From a virus (lineage: Duplodnaviria > Caudoviricetes), in IMG/VR virus record IMGVR_UViG_3300031472_000142, positions 1-51,115 of that record: a stretch of 51,115 nt of DNA; one strand, 5' to 3'. Positions 8,253 through 17,082 of the stretch are shown piece by piece. Position 1 is the first letter of the stretch. Each line of letters begins with the position of its first letter. The translations under genes and the position numbers were made by a program. A model generated the notes under the pieces. The model did no database searches. It had not been told where the DNA came from and saw only the letters and a program-made list of their open reading frames with translations.

Positions 8253-9836
8253 ATGGCCGATCAGCTCACGGATACCGTCGTCATCCCCGGCAGCGGCGAC
8301 GCCACGACGGGCACGGCCCAGCCCGACCGGACGGTGACGCTCACGGCCGATCCGCGCAAGGAGTACGCGGCGGGCACGGCGCAGTGGCTGGCCACGTCGC
8401 CGCGCGCCATGCCGTGGTCCATCGACGACCTGACGGACCAGTACGACGACGGCGTGTACGAGCGCATGCTGTTCGACGGCGTGATTTCGTCGTGCCTCAC
8501 AATCATGAAGACGGCGATCCTGGAAGACAACATCAACCTGACGCCCGCCGTGACCGACAAGACCGATCCCCGGTACGAAACGGCCGTGCAATACCACGAC
8601 TTCTGCGAGCGGACGCTGGCGGACCTGGAGACGCCGCTCTTCAAGGTGCTGGACAACATCTGCGACGCGCTGGCCGTGGGCAACAAAGTGGCTGAGAAGG
8701 TGTACGGCTACGACAGCACGTACACGGGCAAAACACAGATGGTCCTCCAAAGGATCAAGGTCAAGCCCCGCCATTCGACGGCCTTCGTGGTGGACGCCTA
8801 TCGCAACGTGATCGGCATCCTCACGTTAGAGCCCGGCGTCGCCTCATCGCTGACGGGCTGGGGCACGCTCGTGTTGACCCCCGAGAACCAGGAAAATCTG
8901 AAGCCGCGCGACAAGTTCGCCATCCTCTCGTGGAAACCGAAAGACGAGGACCCGCGCGGCACGTCGATCCTGCGACCGGCCTACACGGCGTGGGCGCTGA
9001 AGATCACGCGCGTGTGGGACGAGTACAGCAAGTTCCTCAGCCAGTTTGCGACGCCCGTCCCCATCGGCTTCACGGACCCCGACGCCGAGCCGTACTACGA
9101 CGCACAGGGCAACGAAATCACCGCGGCCATCGCGATGGCCAATGTCCTGTCGAACTACCGCAACGGCGCGGCTATGACGTTCAGCGGGAAGAGCCGGGTC
9201 GAAACGTTGTTTCCGGGCGGCCGGGGCGACGCCTTCCTGTCGGCCATCGACAAGTGCAACGGCGAAATGGCCGTGGCCATCCTGGGCCAGACGTTGGCGC
9301 AAGGGACGGGCCAGATGGCGCACAGTCGGGCGGCGACGCAGGTCCACGAGCGCGTGACGGATACCATCGTCAAGGACGCCAAGCCGTGGGTGGAGCACAT
9401 GGTCAACCGCGACCTGTGCCGCGACATCGTGACGTGGAACTGGGGCAAGGCCGCTATGTCATTGGCCCCGGTGTCCTCGCTCGGCACAACGGAGCCGCAG
9501 GACGTGGCCAACAACGTCACGGCCTTTGCGCACGCGGGCTACCAACTGTCGCCCGTGCAGTTCGGCGACGTCGACGAGCTGGTGGGCCTGGAGCGGCGTG
9601 AGGCCGATGCCCTCCTGTTGGATGATCCGGCCGACTCTAGCGACGACGACTCCAGCGACGATCAGCAGGATGACGACGCGGATGCGGGTAGCGGATCGAC
9701 TGACGATCAGCAGAACGACGCGGACGATCCCGACCAGGATGGCGATGATGACAGCGACCCCGCCGATGACACGGACGACGACGGCGGAAAGCGCCGTCAG
9801 CCTGCGCACCGTGGCGGGAAGGGTGGGAGGGACTGA
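8253..9836 (+). CDS. Portal protein (DUF935 / Mu gp29-like) with Asp-rich tail
   Basis: Follows terL; DPRGTSILRPAY..W, AILGQTL motifs; acidic C-terminus. Confidence 0.88.
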   Translation: MADQLTDTVVIPGSGDATTGTAQPDRTVTLTADPRKEYAAGTAQWLATSPRAMPWSIDDLTDQYDDGVYERMLFDGVISSCLTIMKTAILEDNINLTPAVTDKTDPRYETAVQYHDFCERTLADLETPLFKVLDNICDALAVGNKVAEKVYGYDSTYTGKTQMVLQRIKVKPRHSTAFVVDAYRNVIGILTLEPGVASSLTGWGTLVLTPENQENLKPRDKFAILSWKPKDEDPRGTSILRPAYTAWALKITRVWDEYSKFLSQFATPVPIGFTDPDAEPYYDAQGNEITAAIAMANVLSNYRNGAAMTFSGKSRVETLFPGGRGDAFLSAIDKCNGEMAVAILGQTLAQGTGQMAHSRAATQVHERVTDTIVKDAKPWVEHMVNRDLCRDIVTWNWGKAAMSLAPVSSLGTTEPQDVANNVTAFAHAGYQLSPVQFGDVDELVGLERREADALLLDDPADSSDDDSSDDQQDDDADAGSGSTDDQQNDADDPDQDGDDDSDPADDTDDDGGKRRQPAHRGGKGGRD

Positions 9837-11275
9837 TGCGCGCGTACGATCTGGCTGCCTCCATCCCCTGGGCCATCACCCCGGAAGGCTTGCGCGGCAT
9901 CCTGGAGATTGCCGAGGCGCACCTGTCGGCGTCGGCCGACCGCGCCGCGTGGGAAGAGCGCATCCAGGCCGTCGAAGCGCGCTTAGGGCGACCCCTGGAC
10001 AACGCGCGCGAGGTGACGACCAGGGGCGGCGTCGCGACGATCCCCGTCACCGGCCCCATCTTCCGCTACGCCGACATGTTCACGCGCCTCAGTGGCGCTG
10101 TCAGCATCGAGACATTGGCGACCGACCTGCAGGCGGCGATGGACGCGCCCGCGATCCACTCCATCGTCCTGGCCATCGATTCACCTGGAGGTGAGGCGAA
10201 CGGCACGCCTGAGTTTGCTGACATGGTGCGGTCCGCTGCTAACGTGAAGCCGGTCACGGCCTACGTCTCAGGGATGGGCGCGAGTGCCGCCTACTGGATC
10301 GCCAGCGCGGCTTCACATATCGTCGTGGATCAGATCGCCCTGTTGGGCAGCATCGGCGTGGTGCAACCGGTGCGCGATCCCAGCAAGGAACGCGCGGCGA
10401 CCATCGACTTCGTTAGCAGCCAATCGCCGCGCAAGCGGCCCAACCCCACGACGGCCGAGGGGCGCGGCCAGATTCAGGGCATGGTGGACGCGCTGGCCGA
10501 CGTGTTCATCGCCGCCGTGGCGCGCAACCGCGACGTCTCACCGGAGACCGTCGCCTCCGACTTCGGGCGCGGCGGCCTGTTGGTGGGGCAGGCGGCGGTG
10601 GACGTGGGCCTGGCGGACGCCGTTGGCTCCTACGAGCAGGTCCTGGCGGGCCTGATGGACGCGGGCGGACGCGCCCCCCAATTCACGGGCGCGCGCCTCT
10701 CGGGCGTGGCCGCACAATCGACTATCGCAGCAGGAGGGATGACCGTGGCAGAGCAACAGGACGACACGGCGGCAAAGGCCTATGCCAGTGAGCAGGCCGC
10801 CCGGCAGGCAGAGCAACGTGCCGCTCAACTGAGCGCGCAACTGGACCAGGAGCGCGCCGAGCGCGAGCGTGAGCGGGCGGCCTACGCCCAGGAGCGGCAA
10901 GCGCGCCAAGTGGCCGACATTACAGCGTCAGTGGAGGCTCTTGTCAGGGATGGCAAACTGGCCGTCCACGCGCAGGACACCGCCCGAACGCTCTTAATCC
11001 AGGCCATGCACGACGACATGCGCGCCGACGCCGATGGCTTGCCGCACAATGGACAAACGCGTGTCACGGCGCTCACGGCATTCCTGACCGCCCAGGAGCT
11101 GCATGGCATGGACCGGGAGACGGTTGCCGTCGGCGAGACGATCACGTTCGCGGCCAATCCGCCGACGTTGCCGCGTGGGCAGGCCCAGCAACTCAAGGAC
11201 CTGGATCAGGTTGAGGCCAATGCCCGCGCCTACGCGGAACGGGCCAATCGCGCCGGCGCGCGGAAAGGGAAATAG
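9836..11275 (+). CDS. S49 prohead protease fused to scaffold
   Basis: IDSPGGE, GASAAYWIAS, GSIGV; coiled-coil C-terminus. Confidence 0.92.
   Translation: MRAYDLAASIPWAITPEGLRGILEIAEAHLSASADRAAWEERIQAVEARLGRPLDNAREVTTRGGVATIPVTGPIFRYADMFTRLSGAVSIETLATDLQAAMDAPAIHSIVLAIDSPGGEANGTPEFADMVRSAANVKPVTAYVSGMGASAAYWIASAASHIVVDQIALLGSIGVVQPVRDPSKERAATIDFVSSQSPRKRPNPTTAEGRGQIQGMVDALADVFIAAVARNRDVSPETVASDFGRGGLLVGQAAVDVGLADAVGSYEQVLAGLMDAGGRAPQFTGARLSGVAAQSTIAAGGMTVAEQQDDTAAKAYASEQAARQAEQRAAQLSAQLDQERAERERERAAYAQERQARQVADITASVEALVRDGKLAVHAQDTARTLLIQAMHDDMRADADGLPHNGQTRVTALTAFLTAQELHGMDRETVAVGETITFAANPPTLPRGQAQQLKDLDQVEANARAYAERANRAGARKGK
10745..11275 (+). CDS. Nested scaffolding protein (in-frame internal start)
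   Basis: AGGAGG(10732-10737) 7 nt before an in-frame GTG; lambda C/Nu3-like arrangement. Confidence 0.6.
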   Translation: MAEQQDDTAAKAYASEQAARQAEQRAAQLSAQLDQERAERERERAAYAQERQARQVADITASVEALVRDGKLAVHAQDTARTLLIQAMHDDMRADADGLPHNGQTRVTALTAFLTAQELHGMDRETVAVGETITFAANPPTLPRGQAQQLKDLDQVEANARAYAERANRAGARKGK

Positions 11276-11285
11276 GTAGCATCCG

Positions 11286-11966
11286 ATGCCCACGTACGGC
11301 AAGCAGGTTTTGTATACCACCGGGCAACCGATCCTGGTGTCCGCCGATGGCTACCCCGAGTGGTTCACGGTCGGTGTGACCGTGGACTGGACCACGGTCC
11401 CCACGGCGCAGCAACCGACGACGCTGGCCGATGGCGTCGTGATCCCCCAGGGTCAGAAAGGGTTCCAGTACGGCCAGGTGCTGGCCCGCATCGCGGCGTC
11501 CGGCCTTTACGGCCCGTTCACGCCGGCGCTACCGGCGGCGGTGACGACCACGGCCGCGACCCTCGCGGGCGCCACAGTGCTCCCCGTTAGCAGCGCGGCG
11601 GGCATCCTGCCCGGTGACACGCTCCAGGTGGACACGGGCGCACCGCAGGAAAACGCCGTCGTCCTCTACGTCTCAGGGACGAACGTGACGCTGGCCGCGC
11701 CGCTCGCGAACGCGCACGGATCGGGCGTCGCCGTCGCCAAGCCCAACGACGGTCGGCAGGCGCTGGCGCGCGGGCAGGCCGTGATCCTGAACGAGAGCTG
11801 GCTCCAGTTGGGCGCCCTGCCCTTCGTGGCCGTCGCCGGCGATCACCCGCCCGTCCTGGAGGGCGGCCTGGTGTGGCAGGCGCGGCTCCAAGTGGGCGGC
11901 GCGAATCAGCCGACCTACGCCCAGTTCGAGGCCGCGTTCCCGCGCATTAGGTACGCGCACAACTAA
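11286..11966 (+). CDS. Head decoration protein with inserted beta-rich domain
   Basis: Between protease and capsid gene; GQVLARIAASGLYGP...DGRQ with an insert of about 70 aa. Confidence 0.7.
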   Translation: MPTYGKQVLYTTGQPILVSADGYPEWFTVGVTVDWTTVPTAQQPTTLADGVVIPQGQKGFQYGQVLARIAASGLYGPFTPALPAAVTTTAATLAGATVLPVSSAAGILPGDTLQVDTGAPQENAVVLYVSGTNVTLAAPLANAHGSGVAVAKPNDGRQALARGQAVILNESWLQLGALPFVAVAGDHPPVLEGGLVWQARLQVGGANQPTYAQFEAAFPRIRYAHN

Positions 11967-12029
11967 TTATCTTTTTGGTCCTGATAGCAGCCCGCGCCAC
12001 GACATGGACGGGCAACGGAGGACACCGCT

Positions 12030-13175
12030 ATGCCCGTCCCGTGGCAACCCCTGGAGGTCGTGCGCGTTAACCGCATCATGCAAGCGCTGCAGGATGTGCG
12101 CGAACTGCCGCAAGAACTCCTCTTTAGCTCGCGCATCCCGGACGTGCCGGCCGCCGACGCCGAGATCATGGTCCGCTTCATCGGCCGCGTGCAGATCGCG
12201 GACCTAGTGGCCGACGACCAGCGCGCCGTGATCTACAGCAACGGCAAGATGTCGTTCGAGTCCACGACCATCCCGAACCTGAAGCACGGCCGGATGATGA
12301 CGCAGGAGATGCTCAACCAGCTCAACGCCATCATGGCGAACGGCGGCATCGAGAACGACCTGGGCCTGTTCTCGAACTACGAGAATAGGACCATCGACGA
12401 GCTGCTGCTCGGCATCAACCAACGCAAAGAGGCCCTGAAGATCGCGATGCTGCTGGACGGCTTCTCGTACAACCGCCTGGGCATCATCATGAACAACGTG
12501 AGCTGGGGCATGCCGTCCGATCTCAAGATCACCACCGCGGTTCCGTGGACCGATCCCGTCAACGGCACGCCCATCGTGGACATCCTGCTCGCCGTCCGGA
12601 CGGCGCTCGTGCGCTACGGGCAGACGTTCGACCGCATGACCATGAGCCTGTCGGCCCTCAACTACATGACGCAGACGCAGGATTTTCTCTCGCGCGCTCG
12701 CCTGTACCTGCCGCAGGGCGTCGGTATCGGCGCCAACGCGATCCAGTTGCAAAACACCGAGTTCATCAAGAACCTGGCCGGCAGTATCCTGGGCATGAAA
12801 ATCGAGACCTACGACGCGCGCTTCTGGAGCCAGGCCCCCGATGGGACGCTGGCCAGCACGCCGTTCCTCCCGATCAACAAGGTGCTGCTGACGAGCGAGG
12901 CCGACGACGGCAATCCGATGGCCTGGGACTTCGCCAACGGCATCGTGACCGAGACCGTGGTTAGCGACCTGGCCCCGACCAACATCATCGGACGCTTCGG
13001 CGGCCCGATGCGCGGCCCCGTGGCCTACGCGACGGCCACCTCGGACTTGAACCCGCCGAACATCACCTATTGGGGCGTGGCCCGCGGCTTCCCGCGTAAG
13101 CACCGCCTCCAGTCGTCGGCCGTGCTGACGGTCGGCGCGTACACCGACACGATCCCGGTCGGCCTGCCGTTCTAA
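12030..13175 (+). CDS. Major capsid protein (lambda gpE-like, HK97 fold)
   Basis: Position, 381-aa size, strong codon bias, GGAGG RBS. Confidence 0.85.
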   Translation: MPVPWQPLEVVRVNRIMQALQDVRELPQELLFSSRIPDVPAADAEIMVRFIGRVQIADLVADDQRAVIYSNGKMSFESTTIPNLKHGRMMTQEMLNQLNAIMANGGIENDLGLFSNYENRTIDELLLGINQRKEALKIAMLLDGFSYNRLGIIMNNVSWGMPSDLKITTAVPWTDPVNGTPIVDILLAVRTALVRYGQTFDRMTMSLSALNYMTQTQDFLSRARLYLPQGVGIGANAIQLQNTEFIKNLAGSILGMKIETYDARFWSQAPDGTLASTPFLPINKVLLTSEADDGNPMAWDFANGIVTETVVSDLAPTNIIGRFGGPMRGPVAYATATSDLNPPNITYWGVARGFPRKHRLQSSAVLTVGAYTDTIPVGLPF

Positions 13176-13206
13176 CGGCCGGTTTCGACATGTGACGCAG
13201 TAGTGC

Positions 13207-13238
13207 GCGCTCCATGGCTCCTAACGGCCATGGAGTGC
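13207..13238 (+). other. Hairpin after the capsid gene (no U tract)
   Basis: 12-bp stem gcgctccatggc/gccatggagtgc. Confidence 0.6.
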
Positions 13239-13263
13239 ATGCGCGGAACGGAGGACACCAGAA

Positions 13264-13650
13264 ATGGCGGATATGTTGACCCGTCAGCAAATGGAGCAGG
13301 TGATCCGGGAGGGCGGCGCGGTGGCGCACCAGAACCGCCTCCTGACCTGCATTGAAGACTTACCGGACGAGATCGAGTTGGCGCAGGGCGACCAGGAGCG
13401 CATGGCCAACGCCACGGCGGCTATCGACCGGCAGATCGCCGAGTTGACCGCCCAGCGCGCCCGCGCCGTGGCCGACGCCGACCAGGCCAGCAAGGGCAAG
13501 GGCGCGAAGAGCAAACAGCAGCAGCAGGGGACCATCGTGTCCAGCGGGCCACAGACCGACCCCAACAGTGGCCAGCAAGCGCCCACGCCGCCCACGCCGC
13601 CCACGCCGCCCACCCCCCCAACATCTGATCCACAGCAACAGGAGACGTAG
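13264..13650 (+). CDS. Hypothetical head-associated protein with PTP repeats
   Basis: GGAGG RBS; 9-bp cccacgccg repeats near 13581-13620. Confidence 0.75.
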   Translation: MADMLTRQQMEQVIREGGAVAHQNRLLTCIEDLPDEIELAQGDQERMANATAAIDRQIAELTAQRARAVADADQASKGKGAKSKQQQQGTIVSSGPQTDPNSGQQAPTPPTPPTPPTPPTSDPQQQET

Positions 13651-13653
13651 ACC

Positions 13654-14115
13654 ATGGCGCTGCCTCTCTACCCGCTGTCCACCGTGATCGACCCCGGCGT
13701 GCAGGCGGCCATCATCCTGGAGATCGGCGACCCCGAGGGCACGCTGCCCGCCGTGGTGGCGGAGGCGTGGACGGCCTACGCCGCCAAGGGCGTGCTCGTG
13801 CCCGAGCTGCAACGGCTGTACGCCAAGCGCGCCGGGATCAACGCCAAGCTGGCCGAGCGGCGCGAGGACGTGGACTTTTCGCAGGCTGGCGACCTGATGT
13901 CCAAGGACAGTCAGCGGTGGGTCCAGTTGGAGGGCATGCGCCTGGCCACGCAGGCCGAACTCGAGCGCGTGGAGCGCATCACGTTGGCCAGTCGCGCGCC
14001 CGTCGCCGTGCAAATCGCGCCCGTTCCGTTGTCGCCCGACGGGTACCGGCCGGAGACGACCGACCCGCGCCTCGTGGGCAGTCCCTTTTATCCGACGAGG
14101 CGGCGCTGGCCATGA
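13654..14115 (+). CDS. Head-tail adaptor (putative)
   Basis: Synteny; helical; IILEIGD motif. Confidence 0.6.
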   Translation: MALPLYPLSTVIDPGVQAAIILEIGDPEGTLPAVVAEAWTAYAAKGVLVPELQRLYAKRAGINAKLAERREDVDFSQAGDLMSKDSQRWVQLEGMRLATQAELERVERITLASRAPVAVQIAPVPLSPDGYRPETTDPRLVGSPFYPTRRRWP

Positions 14116-14810
14116 GTGTCACCGCCCGTGCCCTGGCGCGCATGCGTGCGTCGTCGGCGCGCCGCTTGACGGACACGGTTATCGTCGCGCGCACGGGTGT
14201 GAGCGTCGCCTGTCGCGTGGCTGCCGACGCGGGCGCGGTGCATCCCGAGGGCGCGCCCGATCAGATTGAGCAGCGGCGTTGGGCCATCGTGATGCCGAAC
14301 GGGACCGATGTCCACCAAGACGACGCACTGACCGTTGCCGGCCGGGGGACGTACTGGGTGGTGGAGACAATGCAGCCGCGCACCTACAGCACCAGCGCGG
14401 TTGCGCTGTGTTACCTACTCACTGACGCCTCTGGCGCGGCGACGGCACTCAACATCGGCGCCACCCTGAGCGTTGAGCGTCTGCAGCCACCCGTCGGCGG
14501 CCAGAAGGGGCGCACGCGACAGGTCATCGCGTCCAACATCCCGGCGCGCGTCCGGCCCGTGCCTGCCGAGGTCATTGACCGTGATTCCCTCAACAGTCAA
14601 CAGGATCTGACACAGTTCACGCTCTACGATATTTTCATCAGTCAGCATCCGTTGCCCGATATCCAGGTGGGCGACGACCTGATCGACGCGACCAAGACGA
14701 ATCCAGCAACGGGCCAGTTCACACACTACCGCGTCGATTACGTTGCTGACTACGGCACGGACCACCTGACGATTCGGGCGCGCAAGCAGTACACCCGGAG
14801 CAGTACGTAG
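14112..14810 (+). CDS. Head closure/stopper protein, apparently two tandem domains
   Basis: ATGA overlap; two copies of a C/ARV...D(V/I)xxxD.L...Y.V pattern. Confidence 0.6.
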   Translation: MSVTARALARMRASSARRLTDTVIVARTGVSVACRVAADAGAVHPEGAPDQIEQRRWAIVMPNGTDVHQDDALTVAGRGTYWVVETMQPRTYSTSAVALCYLLTDASGAATALNIGATLSVERLQPPVGGQKGRTRQVIASNIPARVRPVPAEVIDRDSLNSQQDLTQFTLYDIFISQHPLPDIQVGDDLIDATKTNPATGQFTHYRVDYVADYGTDHLTIRARKQYTRSST

Positions 14811-14837
14811 CGAAGCGGCAGCAAAAGGACACGTGCG

Positions 14838-17072
14838 ATGCCCCGCCTTACCCGTCAGGCCTGGCCGGTGCGAGCCGTGCCCACCGGCCAGGCCACGACG
14901 CATGGTCAGTCGCGTCAGGTTGGCAATCCTGCCGGCGTCGGCGGGAGCGGCGCAACGGCGGGGCCGTCCGTCGTGCCCACAAGCGCGATCGTGACGTGGA
15001 GCCCGCTGGTCAGGCAAGTCGTGGAGCCTGACACGTTGTACCTGCTCGACGGCGCGGCGGAGCGCACGTACGCCGCCGCCGGACCTGGGTTGGGCGGTCT
15101 TCAATTTGGCGTCAACTACGCGCCGGACACGCCTTTCGCGCTGGTCACGACGCCAGCGGGCAAGTATCGAGCGGGCATCAAGACAACCAACCCCGGACCT
15201 GATAAGGGCAGCGCCTGGATGCCATGCTTGGGGCTCATTGACCCCAACGAGTTTACCATCGAGGCGTGGTTCTGCGCCGACAGCGATTGGGCGTCCATCG
15301 TTCGCGAGATACCCCTGGAGTTTCACGGCACGACGGCCGCCCTCAAGATCGTGTTCTACGGCTCCGCGGTTATGTTGGTCGGCCCCACGGATGCCATGAC
15401 TATCGTGTCCTATCCTGTGACCGTTGGTCAGTTTGTCGCCGGGACGTACTACTCCGTCGCGGCCACTCTCCTGGCGGGAACGGCGACGATGTACGTCGGC
15501 GGCGCACCCGTCGCGCGCGCGACGGGTGTTCCCCGTCTCCCACCGATCCGCGATGTTGGGTACAGTGATGGCCTTATCTTCAAGGGGCACTACGGCGCGG
15601 AGTCGTCGTCCCACGTGTGGCTATCGGACCTACGCGTTTCTCACCGTGCACGCACTCCCGGCGTCCCACTGACCGTGAGCAACGCGACGACGATCACGAT
15701 CTCACCTCACAACCAGACCGGCTCCGTCGTGAATTATACGATGCCTGGTGAGGTATTCGGACCAACAACAACGGCGTCGGCGACTGTTACGCAGCGAGAC
15801 GCGCCCGTGCGATCTCAACGGTACGACCACTTCATGGACGGGACCCCCATAAAGGGAGGCGGTACGGACGCAACGCACCCCACGCTCGGGCACAGCGGTC
15901 TCTATAGCTACAACTGGGCAACTATTGTTGACCCAACCGTGCTCTATTGCAAGGCGCACGGTCAGTCCCTGCACACGGACTTTTCATTTACGCCGACGAT
16001 ACTGGGCGGTGTATCGCCAGGAACGAGTGAAAACGCAACACCCCCCAACGATTACACTGCATTCGCGACGATCTGCAGTGATTTTGCATACCACATCTAC
16101 GCGGAGATCGGCCTGGCCAATCTTACGTGCAGCTTGTGGAATGAGCCGAGCGGCACGTACTGGTCGGGGACGATAGGCGATCCAGCCGTTGCGCCAGCGT
16201 CCCAAGCGATGACAGGACCCAATGCCTCATACTTGGGCCTCTACGCCAAGGTCATGCCTGCTGTCAAAGCGATCTCTCCAACGATTTTGGTGGGGGGTCC
16301 CGAAGACAACGCCAGTCCCTCGATGCTGAACGCCACCATTGATTTCTGCACGACATTTGGCCTCCCTCTCGACTTTATCTCGTACCACGACTACAGTGGC
16401 GATCTAGGACAGGCTCAGGCGGTACGAGCTGCCGTGGACGCGCGCATGGTGTCACGCGGGGCACAGCCCGGCCTCCCCCTCTACATCGGAGAGTTCAACT
16501 GGAACAGTTCCAACCTGGAGACAGGTGTCTGGCGCGCGTACGACTACTTCCGCAACGACTTCGCGGCGGCGCACCTGGCCGCGACGATGATGACGTGCCA
16601 GCAGGTTGGAATACAGTACCTCTACTATACGTTCGGCATCCAAAGTGACGGGTCCAACGGATACGCAGCCTTGAGCCTCCAGACCTACGCCCACGGCTGG
16701 GCCTCCCGCAACGTCTACGAGATATGGAGCCGGCTCGCACCCTATCTCGTGTCCGCTGTGCAGGACACGAACGGACGGCCAGACATCTACTGCCAGGCAT
16801 CTACTGACACGGCAACGGGGCGCGTCACGGTATTCCTCGCCCAACGGCGTTACCGCAAGGATGGTGACACGCCGGTCATCCTGTCGTTTAGCGGCTGGAC
16901 GCCGACGACGATCAGCCAGCAGGTGATCGACGACAGTCACTCAAACTGGGCCGATACCAATGGAGCGACTGACGGCCTTCAGATCGTCACACCGCCGTCT
17001 ATCGTTGGCAACGCCGTGACGATCACCATGCGACCGCGCAGCGTCGTGCTGCTCACGCTGAGCGGACACTAG
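14838..17072 (+). CDS. LamG-like domain plus GH39-like (clan GH-A) glycoside hydrolase
   Basis: FTIEAWF...LSDLRVS (LamG); LWNEP acid/base, VGGP, LDFISYHDY, YIGEFN nucleophile. Confidence 0.8.
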   Translation: MPRLTRQAWPVRAVPTGQATTHGQSRQVGNPAGVGGSGATAGPSVVPTSAIVTWSPLVRQVVEPDTLYLLDGAAERTYAAAGPGLGGLQFGVNYAPDTPFALVTTPAGKYRAGIKTTNPGPDKGSAWMPCLGLIDPNEFTIEAWFCADSDWASIVREIPLEFHGTTAALKIVFYGSAVMLVGPTDAMTIVSYPVTVGQFVAGTYYSVAATLLAGTATMYVGGAPVARATGVPRLPPIRDVGYSDGLIFKGHYGAESSSHVWLSDLRVSHRARTPGVPLTVSNATTITISPHNQTGSVVNYTMPGEVFGPTTTASATVTQRDAPVRSQRYDHFMDGTPIKGGGTDATHPTLGHSGLYSYNWATIVDPTVLYCKAHGQSLHTDFSFTPTILGGVSPGTSENATPPNDYTAFATICSDFAYHIYAEIGLANLTCSLWNEPSGTYWSGTIGDPAVAPASQAMTGPNASYLGLYAKVMPAVKAISPTILVGGPEDNASPSMLNATIDFCTTFGLPLDFISYHDYSGDLGQAQAVRAAVDARMVSRGAQPGLPLYIGEFNWNSSNLETGVWRAYDYFRNDFAAAHLAATMMTCQQVGIQYLYYTFGIQSDGSNGYAALSLQTYAHGWASRNVYEIWSRLAPYLVSAVQDTNGRPDIYCQASTDTATGRVTVFLAQRRYRKDGDTPVILSFSGWTPTTISQQVIDDSHSNWADTNGATDGLQIVTPPSIVGNAVTITMRPRSVVLLTLSGH

Positions 17073-17082
17073 GGGACAAACC

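Noticed and set aside
9631-9790. Asp-rich low-complexity stretch as a separate element
   Set aside because: It is the disordered C-terminal tail of the portal protein.
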